57,969 nucleotides of DNA from a virus. The notes under the pieces are model-generated. The model was not told where the DNA came from. It made no database searches and saw only the letters and a program-made list of their open reading frames with translations. Below, piece by piece: positions 1-8,814 of this stretch. The stretch's first letter is position 1. Each line of letters opens with the position of its first letter. The translations under genes were made by a program, and so were the position numbers. The DNA lies in IMG/VR virus record IMGVR_UViG_3300027740_000002, positions 1 to 57,969 of that record; one strand, given 5' to 3'.

Positions 1-127
1 GATTGCGTCCAAAAGCTGCTGAATTTAATCGCTACAAGGATTAATGAGCGGCCATCCATGATTAACACAGAAATCGTGAACACATTGATCGGGATCGCAT
101 CAAACCGAGATGGGCTTTTAGCTTCAC
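1..127. repeat. Terminal direct repeat, left copy (identical to 57843..57969)
   Basis: Read directly: bases 1-127 recur base for base at 57843-57969. This implies circular closure or terminal redundancy with a unit length of 57842 bp. Confidence 0.95.
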
Positions 128-153
128 TGAAAGAAGAAAACAGAATTTTTTAA
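1..153 (+). CDS. 3-prime end of the junction-spanning ORF (hypothetical protein; 5-prime part at 57726..57969)
   Basis: Frame 1 is open from base 1 to TAA at 151-153. It continues the frame of the ORF that starts at ATG 57726 through the repeat. Confidence 0.5.
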   Translation, partial: DCVQKLLNLIATRINERPSMINTEIVNTLIGIASNRDGLLASLKEENRIF

Positions 154-156
154 TTT

Positions 157-1356
157 ATGCCTGACACACTCGAAGCCCCCGCGCCAGCATCGTCTGGCGG
201 AATTGACGCCATGGTTGACGCCAAGTTTGCGCCGCCTGCCGCGCCAACGTCCGCTCCTGAAACTCCTCCGGCTACGCCATCAGAGACGCCTGCCGCTCCA
301 AAGGTTGAGGCCGCGCCAGATGCGAAGCCAAAGACCGGATTCGACTCTCTGGAAGAAGACTGGACGCCACAGCTTGAGGCGAAGCTTCGCAAGCTTTATC
401 CCGAAAGCAAGATGTGGAAGGTTAAGGATTTTGTCGAAAAGAAATACCAGACCAGTGAAACCGTATTGAAGGCCAAACTTGCCGATTTTGAAGCGCGTCC
501 GAAAACGCCAGCCAACGACGAGAAGGTTAAGGCATTGGAGGACCGCATCGCCGAACTATCCGAAGAAGGCAAGACATGGCGGCAGCGCGTCGAGGAAGCC
601 GATTACACCCGCTCCGAGGAATACAACACGAAGTACGTCACGTCGTTTCGCGCCGAGGAAAAGCGGGCGTTCGACGAGGTAAAGAATCTCACCGTATCGT
701 TTACCAATCCCGAAGGTGAGGCGCAGACCCGGCAGGCAACCGAGAATGATTTCCGCAAGGCGATGGCGTTGCCCGCCAATGAGCAGGACGATTTCATTCA
801 CGCCACCTTTGGAAAGTCAGCGTGGCGGGTCATCAATCGCATCAACGAACTGAATCGCATCCGTGAATCAGCCGGTCAAGCCGTGGCCGATCACGCGGCA
901 AACTTTGAAAAGAACAAGGTGGAGCGCGAGCTTGCGACCAAGCGCCAAGAGCAGGAATACAAAGGCTACTTCACCGAGGCTTTCAAAGGGCTTTCGAGCG
1001 ACCCTGACTTGGGCAGCTACATCAGCGAGTCCGAGGCCGACCCCGAAGGGACGGCGTTGCTCAAGGCCGAACTGAACAAGTTCGACAGCTTCAAAACCGA
1101 GATGGCGAAGATGCAGCCCAAGGATCGGGCGGCGGCAGTGGCTTTGGTTCGCGCCCGGTTTGGTGGAGCGCCACGAGCGATTGCCGAACTCAAGAAGGAG
1201 CGGGCCAAGATTGTGTCGCTAGAAGCCGAGCTTGCGAAGTTTCGCGGGGCTGACCCAGGAGCGCCGGTTAAGACGGTTACGGGCGCGACTCAGACGGTCG
1301 AAGCCAAGGGGATTGATTCGATGGTTGGCGCTTTGAAATGGGATGGGGGCAAGTGA
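157..1356 (+). CDS. Putative scaffolding protein
   Basis: 399 aa with a Pro/Ala-rich N-terminus followed by long charged, coiled-coil-like sequence (KALEDRIAELSEEGKTWRQRVEE). Lies two small ORFs downstream of the portal candidate across the circular junction. Confidence 0.5.
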   Translation: MPDTLEAPAPASSGGIDAMVDAKFAPPAAPTSAPETPPATPSETPAAPKVEAAPDAKPKTGFDSLEEDWTPQLEAKLRKLYPESKMWKVKDFVEKKYQTSETVLKAKLADFEARPKTPANDEKVKALEDRIAELSEEGKTWRQRVEEADYTRSEEYNTKYVTSFRAEEKRAFDEVKNLTVSFTNPEGEAQTRQATENDFRKAMALPANEQDDFIHATFGKSAWRVINRINELNRIRESAGQAVADHAANFEKNKVERELATKRQEQEYKGYFTEAFKGLSSDPDLGSYISESEADPEGTALLKAELNKFDSFKTEMAKMQPKDRAAAVALVRARFGGAPRAIAELKKERAKIVSLEAELAKFRGADPGAPVKTVTGATQTVEAKGIDSMVGALKWDGGK

Positions 1357-1373
1357 AAGTCACTCCGATCAAT

Positions 1374-1592
1374 ATGACCAGAAAATTTCTCATCGCTCTC
1401 GAAGCCGTCTCAAATTGCGGATACACCTCAAAAGGGAATAGCGTCCTAGAATTGGGCGAAGGGTTTCTTATATCCACTGACAACGTGGACAAGGTAAAGC
1501 AGGAATACTGTAACCGAGCATCTAAAATTCTCGATAGAATTTTCCCGGTTTCGCAGTGCATGGTTTTTGCGATTATTCCATTGGAGGCATGA
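1374..1592 (+). CDS. Hypothetical protein
   Basis: ATG at 1374 within ORF 1338..1592. Its stop overlaps the next start (ATGA at 1589). Confidence 0.45.
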   Translation: MTRKFLIALEAVSNCGYTSKGNSVLELGEGFLISTDNVDKVKQEYCNRASKILDRIFPVSQCMVFAIIPLEA

Positions 1593-1795
1593 ACCTCGCC
1601 GACCGCTACATCCCTGTCGAAGAACTCCTCAAGGTTCAAATTCCACCAGTGAGTCAGATTATTACACGCGGCAACAAGGTGCGGGTGCAAAATACACTTT
1701 GGGAGGTTGTCTCAACGAATGATAAGAACGGCACCGCATCAATTCGGCTGGCGGGCGTGTTTCCGGCGAAGGTGGAGACGGTTGAGGGGAATTGA
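1589..1795 (+). CDS. Hypothetical protein
   Basis: ATG 1589 is ATGA-coupled to the previous ORF; 68 aa. Confidence 0.45.
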   Translation: MNLADRYIPVEELLKVQIPPVSQIITRGNKVRVQNTLWEVVSTNDKNGTASIRLAGVFPAKVETVEGN

Positions 1796-1799
1796 GAGT

Positions 1800-1979
1800 A
1801 TGGAAATCAGACATCAAGTTCACGATTTGAAAGACGTGTTGGCGTATTTCGAGAAAGGCTTCACGAAGCGCCCGCAGGATAAAAGCATTCGCGTTTTGAA
1901 TCGCTACGTGGACACGGCCAAGCAGGTCGTGATTTTCGAGATTGCGACTGAGCCGATGCCAGACAACCAACCCGGCTGA
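1800..1979 (+). CDS. Hypothetical protein
   Basis: ATG 1800 (MEIRHQVHDLKD...), 59 aa, in frame with track ORF 1707..1979. Confidence 0.4.
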   Translation: MEIRHQVHDLKDVLAYFEKGFTKRPQDKSIRVLNRYVDTAKQVVIFEIATEPMPDNQPG

Positions 1980-1983
1980 TTTT

Positions 1984-2316
1984 ATGACCGAATCGAAAAT
2001 GCGAGAGTTGGACGAAGAAATGCACCGCATTTGTGGATGGGTGTTTGACGAATCCAGAAAGTGCTGGCATCGCGGAGGATTTTGGACAGCCGATTCTGGT
2101 AACTACACCACCGACCCCGCCGCTGCGATGGAGGTTTTAGAGAAGTGTTTCCCTGAGCTTGAAAGCATTGAAATTTGGAAATCGAGAGATGAGTTCTTTG
2201 TCTCATTTTCAGGGCGAAAATATGGGTGTTATGAAACTGCGATGCAAAAAACACTTCCGCTCGCCATCTGTGATTTTGCTAGGAGAAATTCAGACAAAAT
2301 AATCGCCCTCCAGTGA
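1984..2316 (+). CDS. Hypothetical protein, resembles phage ABA-sandwich-domain proteins
   Basis: ATG 1984. Pattern ELDEEMHRICGWVF...DPAAAMEVLEKC...LPLAICDFA recalls that small phage family. Recalled from memory, not searched. Confidence 0.4.
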   Translation: MTESKMRELDEEMHRICGWVFDESRKCWHRGGFWTADSGNYTTDPAAAMEVLEKCFPELESIEIWKSRDEFFVSFSGRKYGCYETAMQKTLPLAICDFARRNSDKIIALQ

Positions 2317-3923
2317 GTTGTTTCTGCCAGACCTCGAAACACGGTGACATCCTGAGCATTTTGCCGATGCTCTATCACGAATTTTTAACCTATGGGAGTA
2401 AACCGAATTTGGTTGTCTCAAAACAGTATCGCCAGATACCAGAGGCGATACCCTACATCAACCCGATCATTTACGACGGCGATCCTTTCGATCTTGAGGG
2501 GGCTATTAAATTCGCAAAGTCGAAATGTGACGATGTAAAAGTTACAAATCTTCACGGCATGGGCTTCAACTTCCAACATCGCCATCCGTCGTATCAATAC
2601 GATCAATGGGAGCGGGCTGGGTATTTGGACAAGTGGGATACGTTGCCTTTAATTCTGCCGCGTCAAATTAAAGGAAGCCTTCAAATCCCCGACGTGCCTT
2701 TCATCATCTTCGGCGACCATTCGCAAAGCTCTCCATTTTTCCATAAAGAGGATTTGGCGACCGCCTTGCAGGAAAACTTTCCGTCTTGGCTCATGGTGCG
2801 ACTTAGTTCTGTGCGGGCATCGCACCCGCTGGATTTATTGGCGCTCATGGACAAGGCGGATTTAATCATCTCGGTTGACTCCATGCAGCTTCACATGGGA
2901 AAGGCCACCACCACGCCGCTGATTGCACTCGTATCCGACCAGCCGACACGTTGGCAAGGCAGCGCCTACAGCAAGCGATTTGCCCTCCATTGTCGCTACG
3001 GTGACTTTCCGCGCCGCAAAGATGAGATTGTCCGCGTGGCGAAGAATTGCATTTCGGGGAAGCCTCAATTGGTGGCAACCCCGATGGACACCATGAAGGG
3101 TGGTTACAACCCGAGCATAATCCAGTTCGGAGATAAACCGATAAGCGTTCACAGGTACCACCCTAAACGCGCATGGCCGACCCGACTCGCGATCAATGAC
3201 GGCCAGACGAGCGACATTCTGTTTCCCGCCGAACTGGACGGCATCTCACTGGAGGACGCCCGCCTTTTCATTCATCAAGGCAAGCTGATGATTTCCTACG
3301 TGCTGGCGAAGTCGCGGCCCGTCAGCAACCAATTCCATTGCGTCATCGGTTACGGAATGCTCGTCCAGCGCGAAGGAAAGTGGCACGTCGAGAAGCACAT
3401 CCAACCCAAGTTCCGCAATAACGACTGGAGCGGCATGGTGAAAAATCTTTGCCCGTTTGAACACGACGGAAAGATTCATTTTATCTGGGGGAACTCACTC
3501 AACGAGCAAGTGGTTATCGAAGTTGACGGCGATAAGGTGACTCAGGAATACAGGTCGCCCGAACCCAAGTGGGCTTACGGCGAGATTCGCGGTGGCGCAA
3601 TCGTGAGGCACGGCGACAAGTTGCTGCGCCTCTTTCATTCGCGGACTGGCGCGGTTGGATACGGAGCGCATGGGACGTTTCAGTATCATGTGGGGGCTTC
3701 GTTAATGGAGGCGACTCCACCGTTTAAGACTGTGGCGGTGAGCAAGTGGCCGATCTTGAGCGGGGACGAAAGGTATGTGCCGGGATGTCATTCGTGGAAA
3801 CCGAATGTGGTATTTGTGGCCGGAGCAGTTAATGAGAGTTTCAGGCCGTTGCAGATTTCAATTGGAAGAAATGACAGCAGCAGTGAAATCGTGAAGCTCC
3901 AAGAGAGTGATTTGAATTTATGA
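2313..3923 (+). CDS. Two-domain glycosyltransferase: N-terminal GT9 (heptosyltransferase)-like domain plus a C-terminal beta-rich domain of uncertain family
   Basis: GTG start overlaps the previous stop (GTGA). Segment HPLDLLALMDKADLIISVDSMQLHMGKATTTPLIALVSD matches the GT9 C-domain signature. The C-terminal half (GGYNPSII..., GKLMISYV, GKIHFIWG, GGAIVRHGDKLL) looks like a beta-propeller. Confidence 0.5.
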   Translation: MSCFCQTSKHGDILSILPMLYHEFLTYGSKPNLVVSKQYRQIPEAIPYINPIIYDGDPFDLEGAIKFAKSKCDDVKVTNLHGMGFNFQHRHPSYQYDQWERAGYLDKWDTLPLILPRQIKGSLQIPDVPFIIFGDHSQSSPFFHKEDLATALQENFPSWLMVRLSSVRASHPLDLLALMDKADLIISVDSMQLHMGKATTTPLIALVSDQPTRWQGSAYSKRFALHCRYGDFPRRKDEIVRVAKNCISGKPQLVATPMDTMKGGYNPSIIQFGDKPISVHRYHPKRAWPTRLAINDGQTSDILFPAELDGISLEDARLFIHQGKLMISYVLAKSRPVSNQFHCVIGYGMLVQREGKWHVEKHIQPKFRNNDWSGMVKNLCPFEHDGKIHFIWGNSLNEQVVIEVDGDKVTQEYRSPEPKWAYGEIRGGAIVRHGDKLLRLFHSRTGAVGYGAHGTFQYHVGASLMEATPPFKTVAVSKWPILSGDERYVPGCHSWKPNVVFVAGAVNESFRPLQISIGRNDSSSEIVKLQESDLNL

Positions 3924-4354
3924 AACCATCACAAATGACAGAGATTGCCATAACATTGCTAGGGGGCTTAAACACGACTTTTGATGCCGATCCTCCCTGC
4001 AAGTCGGAAGATGCCTCCGAGCAGAAATATCTCGATAGATTCTCTGCGCTGGAATTGAGTGGCGACCAAGCATACGAAAAGGCGAAGTTTTTCAAGGCCG
4101 CTACAGCAGACAGCGTCCAGTTTTGCACCGCCGGACTTAGATACATGGAAGCGCCAGAGGTTTTTATGGCGGAGCAGCTTTACAGGTTTAAGAGGGTTAT
4201 TGAAATCGAAATTGGAAAAGCTTCCGAGGAAGCGAATTCTTTTAAGCTCGTGGCAAGAAACAAAGCAGAAGTTTACGGCTCGTTTCGCTTAATTATCACC
4301 CCGGAGCGATTCTTTCATTTTGAGCAAAAAAGCAATCTAGCTTTCATGATTTAG
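3920..4354 (+). CDS. Hypothetical protein
   Basis: 144-aa ORF, ATGA-coupled start. Confidence 0.55.
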   Translation: MKPSQMTEIAITLLGGLNTTFDADPPCKSEDASEQKYLDRFSALELSGDQAYEKAKFFKAATADSVQFCTAGLRYMEAPEVFMAEQLYRFKRVIEIEIGKASEEANSFKLVARNKAEVYGSFRLIITPERFFHFEQKSNLAFMI

Positions 4355-4393
4355 CATTGACATAATTATTTCAAGAAAGTAGGATTTGAGCCT

Positions 4394-4672
4394 ATGAGCG
4401 AACCCAAAGGCAATGAACCGGCGTTTCCAATTTCAACATCCGTTGTTGAGCGATTCCGTCCAGAATCAGGAATCGCCGACAAGCACTATCCGGGACAAAC
4501 CTGCAATGGCCTCTCCAAGCGCGAATACTTTGCGGCGATGCCGCTTACCGAGACAGAGCTTTCAATGCTGAAAGCTGCGTACGATTCCCAAACCCAGGAA
4601 AAATCTTACACCTTGCAATCGCTGCGATTTTTCCATGCCGACAGAATGATTGCGGAAAGTGAGAAGGTATGA
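4394..4672 (+). CDS. Hypothetical phage protein (REYFAA-motif family)
   Basis: 92 aa. The GLSKREYFAAMPL motif is common in small phage proteins. Confidence 0.55.
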   Translation: MSEPKGNEPAFPISTSVVERFRPESGIADKHYPGQTCNGLSKREYFAAMPLTETELSMLKAAYDSQTQEKSYTLQSLRFFHADRMIAESEKV

Positions 4673-5100
4673 GCAATCAAGCGTGCTGTTCACATTCCAA
4701 AGTTGACCGGATTACAATTGACCACCCGGGAGGCACTAAATCCGAACGGTGGATTTGTCCTGATTGCAGCACGAACTTCTGGCCGGAAGGAACGGACATG
4801 CACATTAAAAAGCGCCGGGATATGTTTGCGGCGGCGGCGTTGACGGGGATGCTGGCAAACGGCGCGACAACCCCGAGGGTTGGAGACTTGACCACGCCAT
4901 ACTGCGCTGAGGCGTCCGCTTGGATTGCTGAATTGCTGCTGCGAGAATTGGAGAAGAACACGCCAGCCATATTAAGCCCTCACGCGCTGGCGCTATGGGA
5001 TAAATTCAATCGTATTTGGGACGGCAAGGCCGTTGGCCCGGAGTACGATGAAGCCTACCGAAAAGCCTGCAAAACAATTCCAGAAGGAAGATTGCCATGA
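4669..5100 (+). CDS. Hypothetical protein with an N-terminal Cys cluster
   Basis: 143 aa, ATGA-coupled. Contains CCSH...CPDC and RRDMFAAAALTGML. Confidence 0.55.
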   Translation: MSNQACCSHSKVDRITIDHPGGTKSERWICPDCSTNFWPEGTDMHIKKRRDMFAAAALTGMLANGATTPRVGDLTTPYCAEASAWIAELLLRELEKNTPAILSPHALALWDKFNRIWDGKAVGPEYDEAYRKACKTIPEGRLP

Positions 5101-5243
5101 AAACAAATCAAGAAGAACTCAGGGTTGGAAGCCCAGTAAGCTACCGCAGATTCATCAGACTTGAGCGCATCAATCCGATGGGGCAACACGAAACTGTTGA
5201 GCTTGACCACGAAGCGTTGGACATGGTTGTTGAACTGCCATGA
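5097..5243 (+). CDS. Small hypothetical protein (48 aa)
   Basis: ATG 5097 overlaps the previous TGA. Translated by hand to TGA at 5241-5243. Below the track size cutoff. Confidence 0.35.
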   Translation: MKTNQEELRVGSPVSYRRFIRLERINPMGQHETVELDHEALDMVVELP

Positions 5244-5274
5244 AAGAAATGCTCGAATTGAATGCGAAGTTACC

Positions 5275-5880
5275 ATGAAGTGTTTTCAAAAAATAATCGA
5301 GTCCAACCCGAAGCAAGATGGGTGGTGTACTCTCAATAAAGCCATCACGTTGGCGGTTCTCGTTGGAACGCTGCGCCCAAAAGTTTCGATTGAGATCGGA
5401 ATCTATGCCGGAAAATCACTTACGGCTCTCGCGCTGGCCCATCAAGAGGTTGGTGGAAAAGTAATTGGAATTGATCCATGGAGCGTGAAGGATGCGGTTG
5501 TTGGCTACACCGGAGAAAACGAAAAGTTTTGGAACAATCAACCCAACTTAGATCGAGTGAAGGGGGAAACATTCAAGTGGATCGGACTTCTAGGGGTTGC
5601 TGCTTGGGTTGAGATTATTCAAAAGTCTTCGGACGACGTTCATCCGGTCAAATGCGGGCTGCTGCATGTGGATGGCCAGCATACGCTTCAGAGTTTGGTC
5701 GATGTTAAGAGGTTCACGTTCGAAATGGACTACGGCTCGGTCGTCGTGATGGATGACGTGAATTGGAAAAACGACGGCGAGGCGCATGTGCAAACTGCCG
5801 TGCAATGGCTTTTGGATAACGGCTGGGTGAAGCTTTACGATTTGGAGGAGGGGGCGGTTTTTCAGAGGGGAGTGATTTGA
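5275..5880 (+). CDS. Class I SAM-dependent methyltransferase (Methyltransf_24 / TylF-like, sugar-O-MT type)
   Basis: ATG 5275 in ORF 5161..5880. Motifs SIEIGIYAGKSLTALA, GKVIGIDPW and LLHVDGQH...VVVMDDV. Confidence 0.6.
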   Translation: MKCFQKIIESNPKQDGWCTLNKAITLAVLVGTLRPKVSIEIGIYAGKSLTALALAHQEVGGKVIGIDPWSVKDAVVGYTGENEKFWNNQPNLDRVKGETFKWIGLLGVAAWVEIIQKSSDDVHPVKCGLLHVDGQHTLQSLVDVKRFTFEMDYGSVVVMDDVNWKNDGEAHVQTAVQWLLDNGWVKLYDLEEGAVFQRGVI

Positions 5881-6998
5881 AAACCTTTCCCCTTACAGTC
5901 GGGATGACCCCGGCATTTCGTCTTGGCGGGAACGACGATTGGCTTTTGCTCGCCCAACTTCGATGTCTTTCCGAACAGGAGTTCAAGGACTTCGACGTTT
6001 ACTTGATTGATCCCCACTATCAGAAACGCAAGGGTTATATCCCAGAACTGGCGGAGAGATACAAACTTTCGATAACGCATTTGCCATACACGCCAAATCT
6101 GCGCGTGGCGAAGCGTTTGGATTGTGCGTGTTTTAATGCGCCGTATTTATTTTCAGAGTCTCCAAAGATCGTGCGCTATTCGTGCTGGCGGTTTGTGCGC
6201 CCCCAGTTCACCAAGATTTGTGTCGAGTCAAAAACGAGCGTTGATTTCTATTTTCACAACGTCGAAGCGCCAAACCGTGACTCCATGCACCCCGTAACGA
6301 ATCACGATGCTCGAATTTGGAATTTAGGTTCGGACGAAGTGAAGTGGGACTTGATGCCGACGAAGGCCGGTCAACCCGGAGCAAGCTGGGGTGAGTCCAG
6401 CGACGTTGACGCACCGCCAGCGCTGTTCCCGCTCAATTGTTATGGCAACTACATGGTGCCCCGCGAGGACTGGCTGAACATCAACGGTTGCGACGAGGCG
6501 ATATTCGCGTCCGAACATTGGGAGGATCAAGACTTTTGCCAGCGGGCTAACAACGCCGGAATGGTGGCGTGGCGAAAGTCGGGGCAGATGTATCGCTTTC
6601 ATCACCTATACGGAGGAGGGGCGGGGCGGGCAAACGAGACTCCCGACTTCGGCGAGTTCAAAAAGATTTGTCCGAAGTGTGAGGCTGTCGAGTACACGCA
6701 AAAGCCACAACGCCGGGAATTATTGCGGCGCATCCGAGCTAGAGAGATTTCAATTCCAGTTCCGCAGGTCTGGGCTTGCAACGAGTGCCTGTATTGCGGG
6801 CCGGTATTCCATGCCGACGAAGGCGAGTATCACCAGCATTTGAAGCGCAACAAGATTACGCGGGCGAATGTGATTCCGGGATTTATGCTTGGCCGCAACC
6901 TCCGCACCCTTGCCGCCGACATGGACGGCAAAAGCCTGCCGGAGAAGGTGGAGATTTTTAACAGGAGCTACGAAAACGAGAGGTATTATCAGGTATGA
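5877..6998 (+). CDS. GT-A fold glycosyltransferase (GT2 / Glyco_transf_7C-like) with a C-terminal Cys-rich tail
   Basis: 373 aa, TTG at 5877 or ATG at 5904. NCYGNYMVPREDWLNINGCDEAIFASEHWEDQDFCQRANNAG matches the GT2 C-terminal signature. Tail contains CPKC...CNECLYC. Confidence 0.5.
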   Translation: MKTFPLTVGMTPAFRLGGNDDWLLLAQLRCLSEQEFKDFDVYLIDPHYQKRKGYIPELAERYKLSITHLPYTPNLRVAKRLDCACFNAPYLFSESPKIVRYSCWRFVRPQFTKICVESKTSVDFYFHNVEAPNRDSMHPVTNHDARIWNLGSDEVKWDLMPTKAGQPGASWGESSDVDAPPALFPLNCYGNYMVPREDWLNINGCDEAIFASEHWEDQDFCQRANNAGMVAWRKSGQMYRFHHLYGGGAGRANETPDFGEFKKICPKCEAVEYTQKPQRRELLRRIRAREISIPVPQVWACNECLYCGPVFHADEGEYHQHLKRNKITRANVIPGFMLGRNLRTLAADMDGKSLPEKVEIFNRSYENERYYQV

Positions 6999-7180
6999 AA
7001 AAATTAAAAGTTCCGATTTGCGCTACCATCACAACCGCAATTTTAATTCCCGCTCTTTTTTGGATTGGGGGATTTGATTTCAATCAGCGTGGAGAAAGGG
7101 CTGTGCTGTGCGCCATTGCAACGGTAGTGTTTTCCGGGACGGTATTGTTACTTGCGACGGCTTTAAGGGACTTAGAATGA
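6995..7180 (+). CDS. Small membrane protein (two predicted TM segments)
   Basis: 61 aa, ATGA-coupled. Hydrophobic stretches ICATITTAILIPALFWIGG and VLCAIATVVFSGTVLLLATAL. Confidence 0.55.
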   Translation: MKKLKVPICATITTAILIPALFWIGGFDFNQRGERAVLCAIATVVFSGTVLLLATALRDLE

Positions 7181-7389
7181 TCCCACCCCTCACCAATGTC
7201 AAAAACGCCAAGTTAAACGCCGATGGCGGAGCGGAGGCATGTCCTGAGAATAGCTGCCGCTGCATCACTTGCGGCAAAGAGATGTCCGGTTTGTGGGAGA
7301 CTGTTTGCAGCAAATGTGGAGACACGTCTTGCTACGATCACTCATTTAATGATGGCGTCCATTGGTTCTGCACAAAACACAAGCCATGA
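7177..7389 (+). CDS. Cys-rich zinc-ribbon-like protein
   Basis: ATG 7177 overlaps the previous TGA. Sequence is MIPPLT...CPENSCRCITCGKE...CSKCGDTSCYDH...FCTKH. Confidence 0.5.
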   Translation: MIPPLTNVKNAKLNADGGAEACPENSCRCITCGKEMSGLWETVCSKCGDTSCYDHSFNDGVHWFCTKHKP

Positions 7390-7414
7390 CCCCCGCCTAA
7401 CCTACGATATAGAT

Positions 7415-7552
7415 ATGAAACACACGAAACACGAAAACAGAAAATCATTTCGCAAGTGGGCAATGCTCGGACAACGCATTGAAACCGAGGACATGACTCG
7501 CCTCAATAAACGCCGCGCCAAATCTAAATTCCCGTGGAATGTCGGAAGATGA
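7415..7552 (+). CDS. Small basic hypothetical protein (45 aa)
   Basis: ATG 7415 (MKHTKHENRKSFRKW...). Its stop overlaps the next ATG at 7549. Confidence 0.35.
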   Translation: MKHTKHENRKSFRKWAMLGQRIETEDMTRLNKRRAKSKFPWNVGR

Positions 7553-8142
7553 TCCCGCCACTAACAGATAGGATTTCGCTCCTTGAGCTAGTAAACTCCC
7601 GATTCCCCAACGGCGTCGGCGTGGAAATCGGAGTCGCGGGAGGTCACTTCACCAAGCAGATAGTGGCTACGTGGAAAAACTTTGAATCGCTTTACTGTGT
7701 TGACCCGTGGAAGCATTTCAAGGATGGGTACGATGATTCCTGCAACCTTTCTCAGCAAGTTCAAGATGAGAGGTTTCACCAGTTTGAAAAAGATTTCTAT
7801 GTAGAGACGCGCGTTAGGACTATGCGAATGATGTCTCACGAGGCTTGCAAGTGGTTTGGGCCAATCATTGACTTCATCTATCTCGACGCAAACCACAGCT
7901 TCGCCTCAGTCATGCAAGACCTCACTTGCTGGTGGCCGATCCTCAAACCCGGAGGCATCTTCGCCGGGCACGACTACTACGAAGGAAACCTCAAAGGCCA
8001 CGGCGTCAAGCTGGCCGTGGACGCCTTTGCCGCAGATCGTGGAATTGAGGTTCATAAGACGACCTCGGAGTTTTGCCGGGCAGAGGGGGTTTATGGGGCG
8101 GGGTGGGAGGGTTACAGTTTCGTGATGGAGAAGCTGGTATGA
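7549..8142 (+). CDS. Class I SAM-dependent methyltransferase (Methyltransf_24-like), paralogous in type to 5275..5880
   Basis: ATG 7549 (MIPPLT...). Motifs GVEIGVAGGHFT, LYCVDPW and IYLDANHSF...LKPGGIFAGHDY. Confidence 0.6.
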   Translation: MIPPLTDRISLLELVNSRFPNGVGVEIGVAGGHFTKQIVATWKNFESLYCVDPWKHFKDGYDDSCNLSQQVQDERFHQFEKDFYVETRVRTMRMMSHEACKWFGPIIDFIYLDANHSFASVMQDLTCWWPILKPGGIFAGHDYYEGNLKGHGVKLAVDAFAADRGIEVHKTTSEFCRAEGVYGAGWEGYSFVMEKLV

Positions 8143-8579
8143 AATACCGAGAAGAAATGATCGCCTTCGAGATGAACTATTGCCAGCACTACGGGCGAGG
8201 TAAGGGCGCTGACATGATTTGCAAGGCTGGTATGGACTTAAAAACCATCAAGAAAGTCGCGACTGGCGAGAAAGGCATAAAGTGGGGTCCGTGCATAGAA
8301 GGTCACACACTTTCAAACCCGAACGAGCATTGCCAGCATTGGATTAGGCGAACCAGAGAGCAGGGCGAGAAGCGGGCTGATTCAATGGAGAAATCATTTC
8401 GCATGATGGATGTCGTAATGCCAGTCGTTGACGAATGGCGGAAAAAACTACCCTTCGGCAAATCCGAAGTTATTGAATGCCCCGAGTGTAAAGGAAAACT
8501 TCACCTGTCGCAATCGTCCTACAATGGTCACGTTCACGGCAAATGCGAAACTCCGAACTGCGTTTCGTGGATGGAATAA
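8139..8579 (+). CDS. Cys/His-rich hypothetical protein
   Basis: ATG 8139 is ATGA-coupled. Contains CQHYG...CKAG...CIEGH...CQHW...CPECKGKL...HGKCETPNCVSW. Confidence 0.5.
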   Translation: MKYREEMIAFEMNYCQHYGRGKGADMICKAGMDLKTIKKVATGEKGIKWGPCIEGHTLSNPNEHCQHWIRRTREQGEKRADSMEKSFRMMDVVMPVVDEWRKKLPFGKSEVIECPECKGKLHLSQSSYNGHVHGKCETPNCVSWME

Positions 8580-8593
8580 AACTTTCCTTTGAC

Positions 8594-8615
8594 AGAATCA
8601 CGAGTCTGTGATTCT
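8594..8615 (+). promoter_or_regulatory. 8-bp-stem palindrome just after the stop of the GT/MT island
   Basis: AGAATCAC-gagtct-GTGATTCT, 15 nt after the stop at 8579. No T-run follows. It overlaps a TTGACA hexamer at 8589-8594. Confidence 0.3.
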
Positions 8616-8814
8616 CTTGCGTTGCCGTTAATAACTCGAAAAGGCATTCGAGCGGGGCAGGATTCCGAAAAATCGCGCCATCCAAAAGCTGTCGTAGAGA
8701 GAGTAACTGCAACTGACAGCGGTTCTGATTCCTCATCAGAACAGTATCCAAGATAAAACGTAAACCCGTCCCGTCGTGCCTTTGGCCGATGCGACACAAC
8801 TCGATTTATTTTGT

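Noticed and set aside
203-1208. Alternative-frame ORFs inside the scaffold gene (203-469, 479-682, 863-1075 and several antisense ORFs)
   Set aside because: They are nested in the 399-aa ORF, and their Arg/Pro/Ser-rich translations are typical of off-frame reading.
2313-8579. Interpreting the GTs as DNA base glycosylation enzymes (T4-like)
   Set aside because: No dNMP hydroxymethylase, thymidylate-synthase homologue or other hypermodified-base synthesis gene is visible. The GT9, GT2 and TylF-like types point to glycan chemistry instead.
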